The notes under the pieces: model-generated
What the model saw: only the letters and a program-made list of their open reading frames with translations
What the model was told of the DNA's origin: nothing
Databases searched by the model: none
IMG/VR virus record: IMGVR_UViG_2690315620_000001
Coordinates: 1,749 to 65,748 of that record
Length of the DNA: 64,000 bases
Source: a virus
Taxonomy: Duplodnaviria > Caudoviricetes
Reading direction: 5' to 3' (one strand)
Made by a program: the position numbers and the translations under genes
In this document: in pieces, positions 1 to 9,447 of the stretch
Numbering within the stretch: the first letter of the stretch is position 1
Layout of the letters: each line of letters opens with the position of its first letter

Positions 1-1723
1 TATCGAATAGAGAGCCGCCGCTTGCCTTCGCAGCATCCGTTAAATACTTTTCAGAACGGTTCAGCCCGCTAATCTGCATAAAGTCGATCATTTCGTCGGC
101 AAAGCGGCTAGTACCGTTGCGCCCTAGTGCCGTTATAACTTCCGTAAGGTCCATCGGCGGTATGAAGTCGTCGTCGTTCATATTTAAGTCGATAATTGAT
201 TCCGGAGGCAATGCGTCGCGTATTCCGTCAGCCATACCGCGTTCGCCTTCTTCGACTATCGCGTCAATAACGATGAAACTAATGCCGTGCTTGACGTTGC
301 CTTCGACGACCCAATTCTTAATCGCCGTATCCTTGCCGGCGCCTTGACCGCCGATAAACGTATAGCCTCGGTAGAAATTATCGGGATTATCGACGGGCAT
401 AAGTATCGGTATTTTGTCGTCCTTCACTTCGGCGATGCCTAGCGGAATGCCGTTCGAGTCACGCATAGCTAGCGGTATATCTACTTCGACACGCTTCTTA
501 ACGTTTAAAGCGTCGGCATACTTGCGTTGTAACTCCTTATTCGGCATCATGAGCGCCAACTTCGACATTTCATCGGTGCTTACAAGATTGACGTTCGCAT
601 CAAGGCGCGTGCTTGCGGATAGCTGTAGCGAATTCAATTCGTTAATTACCTTTACTCGACGTCCATTATGCGTTACCTTAAAGCCGCTAAGTTCGTTCGT
701 ATCCGATAAGTCCTGCATGGATAACGTTAGGGATTCCGCCATGCTGTCGCGCGTTAATTGATCGTGTGAGTGCGCCACAACGCGTATGTGCGACTTAAAT
801 ACGGGCAAGTTACCCTTTTCGCGATTCAGCCGAGTTGTGCCGATTTCATCTTCGAGTGAATACGCCTTTTTGATTATCGGCTTCTTTTCGACGGACTTAT
901 CCGATTTAAAGAACGCGTTACTGAATGCATCGAAAATATCCGTTACGAGGTAGTTGACTTCATTAACGAACGCAGCCACTCCGACTTTTAAACCGTTGCC
1001 GATACGCTTACCGCTAATCGCCGCACGTTGCGGGACCTTTCCGTTTGCCGCCTTTTCATACGCCCATTGCGCGTTACGTACCCACTTATTGCGGTTTTCT
1101 ACTTCGTTACGGACGCTTAAACGAGCGACATCACCGTCGAACTGCAATTCGTCTATGACGCTTAGAACGTTGGAAATAGGCGTCTTAACGTCGTTAGAAT
1201 TCGACTGTAAGCTGAATATATCGTGCTTTAAATAGCGTAGCTCCTGTACGACCGTATTTTCCGTCGGCACTTGCAAGTCTGCGATAGACGCTTCGCTGAA
1301 CGTAACGCTCATTTTATTTTCGATTTTACGCTTTAGTTTCTGCGCTTGATACTCCGAAGTCGCTACGTAGAACTCAATCGAGCGCTTCCCGTTAACCTGG
1401 CGGAACAGTACGTCGAACCAGAAATAGTCCTTTTCGCGATACGTGAATTTAAAGCCGTTTCGTTCGCGCCGACTAGCGTTGCTTTCGTACATTTCGTACA
1501 TCTTATGGATAGCGCGCCAAAGCCGTTTCGTATTATTCGTAACGTCGGCGTGTGGTGTGATTCGGAATACTACGATGTTATTGCGTTCATATTCGTAGTA
1601 GGTCGACGGTGTGAATGCCTTCTTTAATTTCGCTATATTGACGTTTAGTTTCGTAGTGTTATCGATTAATGCCGGTAGGTTTTCGTTATATAGGACCGGA
1701 TAATAAGACGTTGTGACCTCCAC
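1..1723 (-). CDS. Large P-loop ATPase, VirB4/VirD4/FtsK-HerA-like (3' end outside window)
   Basis: Not in ORF track. GTG at 1723 after GGGGG RBS; MEVTTSYYPVLYNENLP...; in-frame Walker A GGQGAGKDT at 326-352; frame open at left edge. Confidence 0.75.
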   Translation of the reverse strand, partial: MEVTTSYYPVLYNENLPALIDNTTKLNVNIAKLKKAFTPSTYYEYERNNIVVFRITPHADVTNNTKRLWRAIHKMYEMYESNASRRERNGFKFTYREKDYFWFDVLFRQVNGKRSIEFYVATSEYQAQKLKRKIENKMSVTFSEASIADLQVPTENTVVQELRYLKHDIFSLQSNSNDVKTPISNVLSVIDELQFDGDVARLSVRNEVENRNKWVRNAQWAYEKAANGKVPQRAAISGKRIGNGLKVGVAAFVNEVNYLVTDIFDAFSNAFFKSDKSVEKKPIIKKAYSLEDEIGTTRLNREKGNLPVFKSHIRVVAHSHDQLTRDSMAESLTLSMQDLSDTNELSGFKVTHNGRRVKVINELNSLQLSASTRLDANVNLVSTDEMSKLALMMPNKELQRKYADALNVKKRVEVDIPLAMRDSNGIPLGIAEVKDDKIPILMPVDNPDNFYRGYTFIGGQGAGKDTAIKNWVVEGNVKHGISFIVIDAIVEEGERGMADGIRDALPPESIIDLNMNDDDFIPPMDLTEVITALGRNGTSRFADEMIDFMQISGLNRSEKYLTDAAKASGGSLFD

Positions 1724-1724
1724 G

Positions 1725-2033
1725 TTAATTCGCCCCCAATATGCAAACGGCTAAGATCGTTGCTCCGCTGAAAATACCTAACGGCTTAACTACGCCACGT
1801 CCCGCCATCGAGCTAATAATTACGAAAGCGCCCGCTGCTACTGCACCGTAGCCGATAAGGTCCGGCAATAACGGAACGAACCAATCCCAAATGGCGATAC
1901 CGATTTCTTTTAAGCCACCGCCGATGTTATCCGCAATCTTTTCGCCTAACGGTTTATAGATGTGCTCCTTTTCCGTTTCGATAACCCAACGGTCAAACTT
2001 CCAAATCCAGTGCTCGTTATTTTCCGCTGCCAT
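1725..2033 (-). CDS. Small membrane protein of the ATPase module
   Basis: 102 aa, hydrophobic C-terminal half with 2 TM-like segments; RBS present. Confidence 0.7.
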   Translation of the reverse strand: MAAENNEHWIWKFDRWVIETEKEHIYKPLGEKIADNIGGGLKEIGIAIWDWFVPLLPDLIGYGAVAAGAFVIISSMAGRGVVKPLGIFSGATILAVCILGAN

Positions 2034-2045
2034 TTAACCGCCCCT

Positions 2046-2414
2046 TCATACCGTTTTTAAAAAGTCGCGAATATTAACCGCATTTCTCGCAAGTAAGTAA
2101 CCGCAACATACTCCGATTAGTAATTCGATTGCTTTCGAGCGATGACCGAGCGCCCACGAAGCGCCTGCAAATACGATAACTAAAACGACGGCACTATCGA
2201 ACATTCGCATAAGCGTCGGATAAATATTATCGAAGGAACTAGCCGCCATTGCAACGTTAGGTAGCGTTAAGAGTAACGTCGGAGTTGCAACGCCTACTAG
2301 ACGAGGAATCGTCCACGTTTGTTTATTTTCCGATGGCTGATCGCTACTTCCCGCTAAATTCGGATTTCTGTAATCCGCTTCCAAAAACGCATATTTCGGA
2401 TTTAAAATCGCCAA
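2046..2414 (-). CDS. VirB2/TrbC pilin-like membrane protein
   Basis: Long leader ending in signal-peptidase-like VAMA/AS, then two hydrophobic helices joined by short basic loop (GHRSKA); GGAGG-TTG start. Confidence 0.55.
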   Translation of the reverse strand: MAILNPKYAFLEADYRNPNLAGSSDQPSENKQTWTIPRLVGVATPTLLLTLPNVAMAASSFDNIYPTLMRMFDSAVVLVIVFAGASWALGHRSKAIELLIGVCCGYLLARNAVNIRDFLKTV

Positions 2415-2490
2415 TTTCGTACCTCCACGTATATTTTTTATGCCGCTTGTTAAGACTATCCTTAACTTATAGACGAAAGGACGTGTTCGT

Positions 2491-2556
2491 ATGTTGTTTA
2501 TTATCGGATTAGGTATTGGTGCTACAATCGGGTTATTAGTTAACGCTATCGGATGA
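2491..2556 (+). CDS. Putative 21-aa hydrophobic peptide MLFIIGLGIGATIGLLVNAIG
   Basis: AAAGGA RBS before ATG; single TM-like helix with GxxxG; antisense to surrounding operon. Confidence 0.4.
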   Translation: MLFIIGLGIGATIGLLVNAIG

Positions 2557-2784
2557 TTTACGTTTTAATTCGTCTTTCATGCGGGCCATTCTATCAGATG
2601 CCGTTACTTCCTTCGCTACGGGCGCTTCAGTCGCAACGACTACGCCTTTCTGCTTCATATCGGCGAGTATTAGCTTTTTAACGTAACCGCTAAAGTTGCG
2701 TTTGCTTACGTGTTTGAGGATTTGTTGGTCGGAGCTATTCGTACGGTTAAATGCGACGGGTTTGGAGAATCGATTCTTTTCGAT
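2536..2784 (-). CDS. 82-aa putative ribbon-helix-helix-like regulator, ATC start
   Basis: AAAGGAGG-7nt-ATC GAA AAG; open frame (M)EKNRFSKPVAFNRTNSSDQQILKHVSKRNFSGYVKKLILADMK... to TAA at 2536; missed by ORF track. Confidence 0.6.
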   Translation of the reverse strand: MEKNRFSKPVAFNRTNSSDQQILKHVSKRNFSGYVKKLILADMKQKGVVVATEAPVAKEVTASDRMARMKDELKRKSSDSVN

Positions 2785-2805
2785 GTTAACGCCTCCTTTA
2801 ACAAC

Positions 2806-2834
2806 ATGATATGAGCGCTAATATCGTTTAATGC
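2806..2834 (-). promoter_or_regulatory. Sporulation sigma (sigE-like) promoter candidate
   Basis: GCATTAA-14nt-CATATCAT vs B. subtilis sigE consensus (T/G)HATAxx-14nt-CATACAHT, just upstream of the module RBS. Confidence 0.45.
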
Positions 2835-2951
2835 ACGTCCGCCTAAAATAAATAAAAAATTCCGCCAGGGATTCGCCCCGACGGATTATGTAAAGCTAAT
2901 AGCGCTAGCTGCTATCTAGCTTATGCGGAACATCGACGAAAAGTGCACGTC

Positions 2952-3302
2952 CTACTTCGATAAATATTCGAGCATCAATTCCTCGGAGCGTTTGCGTAAT
3001 TCAGCGCTTGTATACCGCTTACGTTCTTCGTAACCGGCGTGAATAAAAGCGTATTCTGACGACTCTTTCGTTGATTTCTCGATAATTAACTGCATATTAT
3101 GACGCGTTAAATAAATTTCCGTTACTTTCAAGTCGGCGCGAACTCGTTGTAATGCGCCTTCAACCTTCGCTAAATACGGTCGGGACAGCTTAAACGGTAA
3201 CTTGACGATGGATTCTCGGTCGCGCTCAAAAAGCGTAATAAGCAACGGTAGATATATTTTATTTTCGAAATAACGGATATCCTCCGCTGATATTGACGGC
3301 AT
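2952..3302 (-). CDS. YhjD-like conserved Bacillales protein
   Basis: IYLPLLITLFERDR...PFKL.RPY motif; AAAGGAG RBS; extended -10 TGTTATAAT upstream. Confidence 0.55.
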   Translation of the reverse strand: MPSISAEDIRYFENKIYLPLLITLFERDRESIVKLPFKLSRPYLAKVEGALQRVRADLKVTEIYLTRHNMQLIIEKSTKESSEYAFIHAGYEERKRYTSAELRKRSEELMLEYLSK

Positions 3303-3346
3303 TTAGAACACGCTCCTTTACGTTAATTATAACATATCGCAAACAC

Positions 3347-3386
3347 AAAAAAAACGCCCCACTCCGTTATTAGCGAGTAGGGCGTT
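3347..3386 (-). terminator. Intrinsic terminator after endolysin
   Basis: AACGCCC...GGGCGTT stem followed by T-run on minus strand. Confidence 0.75.
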
Positions 3387-3397
3387 AGGCTTGCGTG

Positions 3398-4090
3398 TTA
3401 TTTCGATTTATTTTCGAGCGCTTTCAGTCGTTGTACAAACGGGATCATTGCGTTCCATACGTAGTATTGATTCACGTTGCGGAACGGATTCTTACCGTCG
3501 GTAATGCCGAGTTCCATCGCTTTCTTGCGTACGGCTTCTTGGTCTGCGTTTAGTTGCGGTTCATTCGTCACGCCTGCCACCTCCGTTTTCGGTTTCGTTA
3601 ATTCTGCGAGCCTATCAGCGATTGCCTTGCGAACAGCCGCCGAACGCCCTTCGTCGAGTATTCTATGCGGACAGTTCTTGCCGGACCAATCGCGATGCCA
3701 GCGGACACGATCGATTCCCCATCCGTATTTTTTAAGTAACTGCGCTGTATATTCGATGGCGTTCGCTTCGGCTTGCGCGTATTTGGCGCCACCACTTCGC
3801 GAATAGCAGATTTCAATTCCGATGCTTTTACGGTTGCCATCGCCGTTTCCATCACCGCAATGCCAAGCGTTACGATTAAACGGAATAGCTTCGATTGCTT
3901 CCTTGTCGTCGATAGCTACGTGATAGCTCGTCGATGCCGTATTGCGTTTCATATAGGCGATTTCATTGCGTGCGGTTGCGTCATTTGCCGTGTTGTGAAT
4001 CGTGATATATTGCGGAGTCATAGCATACGGCGATTTTAGCGAATGTAACGTCGATGCCACGTAATCTTTTACGGTTACGTACGCCATCAC
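3398..4090 (-). CDS. Endolysin, N-acetylmuramoyl-L-alanine amidase (Amidase_2, XlyA-like)
   Basis: ITIHNTAN, AWHCGDG, SIGIEIC, HRDWSGKNCP motifs. Confidence 0.93.
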   Translation of the reverse strand: MMAYVTVKDYVASTLHSLKSPYAMTPQYITIHNTANDATARNEIAYMKRNTASTSYHVAIDDKEAIEAIPFNRNAWHCGDGNGDGNRKSIGIEICYSRSGGAKYAQAEANAIEYTAQLLKKYGWGIDRVRWHRDWSGKNCPHRILDEGRSAAVRKAIADRLAELTKPKTEVAGVTNEPQLNADQEAVRKKAMELGITDGKNPFRNVNQYYVWNAMIPFVQRLKALENKSK

Positions 4091-4326
4091 TTCAACCCCT
4101 TGCGTTCTAGTTCCTCCGCTTGCTTGCGTGCCTTGCGCGTCATTGCGTAGGTATTCTTATACACGCCGTAAAGCGCACCACCCAACGCCAAGCCAGCGCC
4201 TAGTAATACGCCGAATGCGTTAATCGAATCTTGCGTAAACCATTCGAAATATACGTTAATCGTTCCGAGAAATAGTAGTGCCGCCGATAGAAATCCGGTC
4301 ACTAAAATTACGATGTCTTTCGTCAT
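4087..4326 (-). CDS. Holin
   Basis: 79 aa, two TM segments, basic C-tail, directly upstream of endolysin. Confidence 0.8.
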   Translation of the reverse strand: MTKDIVILVTGFLSAALLFLGTINVYFEWFTQDSINAFGVLLGAGLALGGALYGVYKNTYAMTRKARKQAEELERKGLK

Positions 4327-4360
4327 TATAACGTCCCCTTTCCGTTTTTATTTGCGTAGC

Positions 4361-4636
4361 TTAACGTAGTAGAATTCCGAGTATAAAGATTACGATTGTT
4401 ACGAGTATAGGCGCCATGATGCCGATAGCCCATCGCTGATTCGCCTTCAATGCGTCTATATCGCGTCTATTTGTGTCCGCCTTCGCTTCGGCTGAGCGTG
4501 CGGTGTCGTCGGTGCGTGCGAGGTCATCGCGTAGCTTCGTGACGTCCGTTTTTAATTCGAGCGCTGCGTCAAGTTTACCTTCGATGCGCGCCATCGTGAG
4601 TTCGAGCGCGTGTATTTCCTTCGAATCTTCGGGCAT
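4361..4636 (-). CDS. XhlA-like lysis accessory protein
   Basis: Coiled coil plus C-terminal TM (NQRWAIG...); position before holin. Confidence 0.7.
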   Translation of the reverse strand: MPEDSKEIHALELTMARIEGKLDAALELKTDVTKLRDDLARTDDTARSAEAKADTNRRDIDALKANQRWAIGIMAPILVTIVIFILGILLR

Positions 4637-4679
4637 GGTCCGAGCCTCCTTCGTGTAGTTTGCGTTATTTTGCGTAAAT

Positions 4680-4718
4680 AAAAAGAACGCCGGTTAGCTA
4701 CGATAGCTTAGGGCGTTC
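4680..4718 (-). terminator. Terminator after tailspike
   Basis: AGAACGCC...GGCGTTCT stem then T-run on minus strand. Confidence 0.65.
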
Positions 4719-4762
4719 TGATATCGTGATTATTCGGTTAGACGGTAAGTCGCAGTTTGATC

Positions 4763-6601
4763 CTACACCGCTTTAACAGCAGTCATATTATCTGTAATAA
4801 CACTCTTAGTAGTCTCTATTTTTTCGGTTACTGCGTTAATCATAAATGCGTTAATATTTTCTGAAATGTTATCTTTAATAATAACATTGGTAAATTTTTC
4901 GCCATTTGTTGCAAAGCCTACACCATAATGCGTATTTGATCCTGTCGCTCCCTTAATTCGGTTTCCTTGTAAACGGAATCCGCTAAACGGTGCAGGAGTA
5001 CCAATAGGAATGCTAGAGGTAAAAGCAATCGCAGATTTGAAGTTTTCAACAGTTCCATAATTGTGTATTTTCGTGTTACTGACTGTTAACATAGGATTGA
5101 AGTTCTCTAGTGCAACCTTCACATCGAATTGGATTCCATGTCCGTTGATTGAGTATATATTGCAATTGTCGAAAGTCCAATCTTGGCAATTAATAGCACT
5201 GATTCCTTGCACAGAATCATGAATCTCGCAATTAGTTAACGATACTCGTTTGGATGTATTGGCAAGGATAGCTGTGTTCATTTTAGATTGAACGTCTACA
5301 CCTTCAAAGAAAAGGTCTGAACTGTTATTTAAATAAAATCCTACACTTTCAGTAGATATGATTTTCGAATTTTTGATATACACCTTACCAGGTAAAGGTC
5401 TTGTTGGCTCATTTGTCTGTGTCGAAATGCCATAATTAGGTACTAGAATTGTAACGTTTTCAATGGAAATTCTACCGAAGTTTTGTGCGTCTGCATCTTT
5501 CCTGTTTATCGCAATCCCTCTTGAACCTGCGATAGTTGATTCTATATGAACATTACTTACTATAAAATCACCGATGACATCTGGAGGTCTTTGAACTCCA
5601 CCTTTTAAATCAAAGTCAATGCCATGTTTTGCACAGTTCAGGAAAGTGCAATTCGAAATAATGATATTTTTTGGTGCGGCTGCTATATTTGTTTCTGTTT
5701 TTATTTTAATTCCGTTATAAAAGCCGTTCGCTATAACGTTTTGAATGGTAATATTTCTACTGGAACCGAGGTCAACACATTCGTCAATATTGATTCCCGT
5801 AGAATCCGATGCCACGATACCATCTACCAAAACTGTGTCAGAATTAAAGAAATCAATAACTTCCGGGACTCTCATGGCGAATGTGTTTTTTATACTGCCG
5901 TTTGTACAAGTCATTAAGCTAATCCCGTACATACAATCGTGCATTTCAGTGTCCGTTATCACGAATTCGTCTACTAAATCTAGTCTTAGACCAGCGTGTC
6001 CGAAGAATCGGACATTTCGCATAGAAAACGATTTGACATGTTCGATTCCAACGCGCGAACCTCCTGTAGTATCAAATGCTATGTTCTCAATAGAAATGTT
6101 TTGAAACTTGTTCCCCACTGTCCCTAATGCTCTAAAACTTAAAGCTCGACCATCCAAGTTATCAGCTGTATTTTTAATGATAGATTTCTGAGGTGATTCC
6201 CCTCTAATTCTTGTCCCGTTTTTCATGTTGATTAATTGTTTAGTTAGAAAAACGCCTTTCGGAAAGTATAAAGTTGTACCACTAATAGCACAAGCATCTA
6301 TCGCTTTTTGAACTGCTACAGAATCATCCGTAATACCATCTCCAACAGCTCCGAAGGTCTTAACGTTGATCCCAGTATCCGCCAACTGCGTCTTAACGGA
6401 ACCGATTTCCTGCGTATATTCTGCCTTTTTTACAGTCTCCGCTAATTCCGTCGTTATCGCTTCCACATTCGCCGCTAAACTATCCGCAGCCCCGCCTAAT
6501 GCGTCTATTTTATCGAAGTTCTCGTTAAACTCCGTCATTTGTACGTAATCTTCCGGTACCCACTTATGCAATCCTAAATTATCGGTCTTTTTGCTACTCA
6601 T
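4763..6601 (-). CDS. Tailspike/receptor-binding protein with pectate-lyase-like beta-helix (putative depolymerase)
   Basis: N-terminal anchor KTDNLGLHKW...NENFDKID; NVKTFGAVGDGITDDS..YFPKG motif; many beta-helix repeats. Confidence 0.85.
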   Translation of the reverse strand: MSSKKTDNLGLHKWVPEDYVQMTEFNENFDKIDALGGAADSLAANVEAITTELAETVKKAEYTQEIGSVKTQLADTGINVKTFGAVGDGITDDSVAVQKAIDACAISGTTLYFPKGVFLTKQLINMKNGTRIRGESPQKSIIKNTADNLDGRALSFRALGTVGNKFQNISIENIAFDTTGGSRVGIEHVKSFSMRNVRFFGHAGLRLDLVDEFVITDTEMHDCMYGISLMTCTNGSIKNTFAMRVPEVIDFFNSDTVLVDGIVASDSTGINIDECVDLGSSRNITIQNVIANGFYNGIKIKTETNIAAAPKNIIISNCTFLNCAKHGIDFDLKGGVQRPPDVIGDFIVSNVHIESTIAGSRGIAINRKDADAQNFGRISIENVTILVPNYGISTQTNEPTRPLPGKVYIKNSKIISTESVGFYLNNSSDLFFEGVDVQSKMNTAILANTSKRVSLTNCEIHDSVQGISAINCQDWTFDNCNIYSINGHGIQFDVKVALENFNPMLTVSNTKIHNYGTVENFKSAIAFTSSIPIGTPAPFSGFRLQGNRIKGATGSNTHYGVGFATNGEKFTNVIIKDNISENINAFMINAVTEKIETTKSVITDNMTAVKAV

Positions 6602-7560
6602 CCGGTAATTCCTCCCTTATTTAAATCGTACGATTCTTCTAGTTGTTCAGCGGTCAAACCCGCTACTTTACGCCACCTTGCGCCACTACCTTCGAATTCA
6701 CGCCACGGCTTCTCCGCGACATCCGCCATTTTGAATACGGAAATATCCGCCCATTGCTGCCGGATCATATCGAGTTCATGCCACGGTAAAAAAGAGAACG
6801 AAAAGTCCGTCCCTATATGCGCCGGCATAACGTCCTCTACGGAGCGCTCGATGTCCTCGAAGTTTTTCGGAACTCCGCGTCTACTCGTAATTTTTATTTT
6901 CATCGCCATTTCGTCCGGAACTTCCTCGATGGTTGCTCCGTAAAATGAATCGACTATTTCGTTTATCAGTTCACGCGTAACCGTTCCTACTCCGCGTAAT
7001 TTAGCGTTAATAAAATGTCGCCGAGAATCCGTCGAGCGCGCCGCCTTTTGCTCGATGTCCGTAAGCGATTCCCATCGGTTTAATCCTTTTGTCGCGGTAT
7101 TTACGTAGAATTGGTCGAGTAGTTCGTTCAATTTCGCTTGTACGCGTGTGACTTCGTTAGCTTCCGTTTCAACCATTCGCATTACGTCCGCTAAATCTTC
7201 GTAGTATTTCGGCATGTAGTCTTTCATCGTTTGCCTTACATCGCGGTCATACGTATAAGTTTCGAGTAAGCCCTCCGACAACAACGCACCGCTAACCGTT
7301 TTGTATTTATGCACAGATGGTACCGCGACAGCCGACTTCGAATTAACCGATGTTTTAACGTATTTTATAATCCGTGTGTTAACCTTCGGAAAAGTCGCAC
7401 TACCCATCGAAGCTGCCGCCGACTTCACGATTAACACGATTCGCCCCGCCACGTCTGCCTTAGCGCTAAACGCCCCCGCAGACTCTGATAACCGTACAAT
7501 TTTTCCGTCAAAAGAACCGCTACCTACGAGGCCTAGCGGTTCAATCGTTATTTCAGCCAT
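6598..7560 (-). CDS. Baseplate protein, XkdU/YmfQ-like, with N-terminal extension
   Basis: MPKYY...DQFYVNTATKGLNRWE...KLRGVG...PAH motifs. Confidence 0.8.
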   Translation of the reverse strand: MAEITIEPLGLVGSGSFDGKIVRLSESAGAFSAKADVAGRIVLIVKSAAASMGSATFPKVNTRIIKYVKTSVNSKSAVAVPSVHKYKTVSGALLSEGLLETYTYDRDVRQTMKDYMPKYYEDLADVMRMVETEANEVTRVQAKLNELLDQFYVNTATKGLNRWESLTDIEQKAARSTDSRRHFINAKLRGVGTVTRELINEIVDSFYGATIEEVPDEMAMKIKITSRRGVPKNFEDIERSVEDVMPAHIGTDFSFSFLPWHELDMIRQQWADISVFKMADVAEKPWREFEGSGARWRKVAGLTAEQLEESYDLNKGGITG

Positions 7561-7578
7561 CGTTTACGCCTTCTTTCG

Positions 7579-7965
7579 TTAAGCAAGCGTAATACTTACA
7601 TCGCCCGCCGCTATTTTTAATTGGTCCGCTGATGCGATCGTTTTCGTATTCGTTAATGCACCGTGGTAAAGTAGGTTGCCCTCCGTTGCTGCGTCTAAGA
7701 TGCCGATGTGCGTTACGGTTCCCCATGACGCCGATGCAATCGGAAATAGTACGTCCGCTGAACTAACCGCTACACCGTTTGCCGGTGCGTTAAAGGTAAT
7801 CGTTTGCCTTACGTAAGCACCTCCGCTTACTTCCGTACCTGTTTTAGCATCCGTTGGGTCTGCCGTGTATAACGCTAGATAAACCGTTGCCGGCGCTACC
7901 CACGCTTGCCCTCGTAAAGTTGCGTTTAATAACGCGTTTTCTAAGTAATCGCTCATTGCTGCCAT
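7579..7965 (-). CDS. Small tail fibre/baseplate structural protein
   Basis: MSDYLENALLN...YLALYTADP...EVSGGAYVRQ motif; position in baseplate cluster. Confidence 0.7.
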   Translation of the reverse strand: MAAMSDYLENALLNATLRGQAWVAPATVYLALYTADPTDAKTGTEVSGGAYVRQTITFNAPANGVAVSSADVLFPIASASWGTVTHIGILDAATEGNLLYHGALTNTKTIASADQLKIAAGDVSITLA

Positions 7966-7978
7966 ATCGTAATTCCTC

Positions 7979-9034
7979 CTAATTTATAGTTATCGCGCCA
8001 ACTACCGGTACTTCGTCGTTGCCGAGTATGATGTTCGCCGTAAGTCCGTTAATCCGTAAGTCCGAATAGTCGATTACGCCGTCCGAATCTAATATCGCGT
8101 TACCAATCGCTGTATAACGCACCGTGTCGCCTACGAACGCAATCGACTTAAAGTAATCCGTCACAATAGCGTTAATTGACGTTCGTACAGCGTTCATATC
8201 TGCGCCTTCTCGTATCGTAAGCGTTGCCGTTATATCAATCGATACTTCTGTTACGCCGACCACGGTTACGTCCGCAAGTACGGGGCGTTGCGTATCGATG
8301 TGCGCCTTTACTTGGTCTAGCGTCATAGCGGAAGGACTCCGTTTCTCCGAATTAATTACAACGACTTTCACCGTTCCTACGCCTTGCCATATCGGATAAC
8401 AGCGCGCATCTGAAATACCCGCGATTTCCTTCGCCCATTGTTCGTAGTGGTATTTATTACCGCTTGTTGCCGGACGGCTAACCTTTTCGTGGTAACGCGC
8501 GTATAATTCTTCGTCCGATTCCCCGTTAATTCCGCCGCTAAATACCTTCTCGTTTGTAACCGTAACTGCCCCGCTAAGGTCGCCTAAAACGTCTGTTATT
8601 GCTCCGATTGCGACATTGCCGGAAACCCCGCCTACTTCCGCTTCTACCGGTACATCGATTGATTCGCTAATAAGCGTCTTTTCCTCCGTCGTGACGAAGT
8701 ATATAGGCGCGCTATCGCTATCCGTTGACAGTAGCGTCCCTAGCGGAATGATTTCCCCTACTGCGCCAGTTATCGTAACTAGCCCGCTAGCCTTGACCGC
8801 TGTTTTCCGTGTCATGCCCTGCTCGGCTACGCGTCGTTCGAGTAGTTCGCCCGTAGACGTTTCGGCGAATCCGAGGTTCAATACGTTGTCCATCTGCGTA
8901 TAGGCTTGCGACAATTCGATAGCCATCGGACTAAATAAGTCCCATAGTACGGAGCCTTGTCGCTTGTCGAACGTATCTGGAAACCGACTAAGTAGACGGT
9001 CGAGTATCGTTTCGTACGTTTCGTTTTCGTACAT
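7979..9034 (-). CDS. Baseplate J/gp47 protein (XkdT-like)
   Basis: DKRQGS, ESDEEL..R, SGNKYHYEQWA, G.GTVKV motifs. Confidence 0.92.
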   Translation of the reverse strand: MYENETYETILDRLLSRFPDTFDKRQGSVLWDLFSPMAIELSQAYTQMDNVLNLGFAETSTGELLERRVAEQGMTRKTAVKASGLVTITGAVGEIIPLGTLLSTDSDSAPIYFVTTEEKTLISESIDVPVEAEVGGVSGNVAIGAITDVLGDLSGAVTVTNEKVFSGGINGESDEELYARYHEKVSRPATSGNKYHYEQWAKEIAGISDARCYPIWQGVGTVKVVVINSEKRSPSAMTLDQVKAHIDTQRPVLADVTVVGVTEVSIDITATLTIREGADMNAVRTSINAIVTDYFKSIAFVGDTVRYTAIGNAILDSDGVIDYSDLRINGLTANIILGNDEVPVVGAITIN

Positions 9035-9447
9035 TAAATAGTCACCTCGCTCTCCATACGCTCTCCATTCGTAAGCGAAACGTCGAATTTAATTAGCACC
9101 GTATCGCCGCTGTGACTGACGTTGAAATTCGTAACGTCTGCGATGCGGTCGTCGTAAATAAGCGCCTCTCGTATTACACGCGGTATTTCTTCGTCTAAGA
9201 GCTCGCGTGTTACGTCTGCGCCGATTAAATCCTCGATTTCACTTCCGTATTGATCGTCGTAAATTAAAAAGCGACTCCGCGCAGTCCTTATCGCCTTAAC
9301 GATGAACTGCCGAATCGCTTCTTTTCCGTCTACTATTCCGCCTAGCCCGCTCGCCGTTAATTGGTACGTGAGAGACGGCTGTATTTCCATTTCCGTTTCT
9401 AATACGTCGTTTTCGATTTCTTCGAGTGTTTCCGGTATAATCGCCAT
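9034..9447 (-). CDS. Baseplate protein XkdS-like (DUF2634)
   Basis: EAIRQ..K...T.R.RFLIY...YGSE...EALIYDDRI motif. Confidence 0.85.
   Translation of the reverse strand: MAIIPETLEEIENDVLETEMEIQPSLTYQLTASGLGGIVDGKEAIRQFIVKAIRTARSRFLIYDDQYGSEIEDLIGADVTRELLDEEIPRVIREALIYDDRIADVTNFNVSHSGDTVLIKFDVSLTNGERMESEVTI

Noticed and set aside
1699-1721. Apparent non-canonical start (ATT/ATC after GGAGG) for the ATPase
   Set aside because: Rechecking the frame shows a canonical in-frame GTG at 1723 with its own RBS; the GGAGG is coding sequence
2817-2829. Seventh copy of the phage promoter
   Set aside because: Only the AAACGATATTA half is present; no TCCGC at the right distance
2869-2896. TTATGTAAAGC as another dif site
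   Set aside because: No XerC-like left arm at 6-8 bp spacing
3303-3345. LexA box before the YhjD-like gene
   Set aside because: Only half-sites; no GAAC-N4-GTTC match
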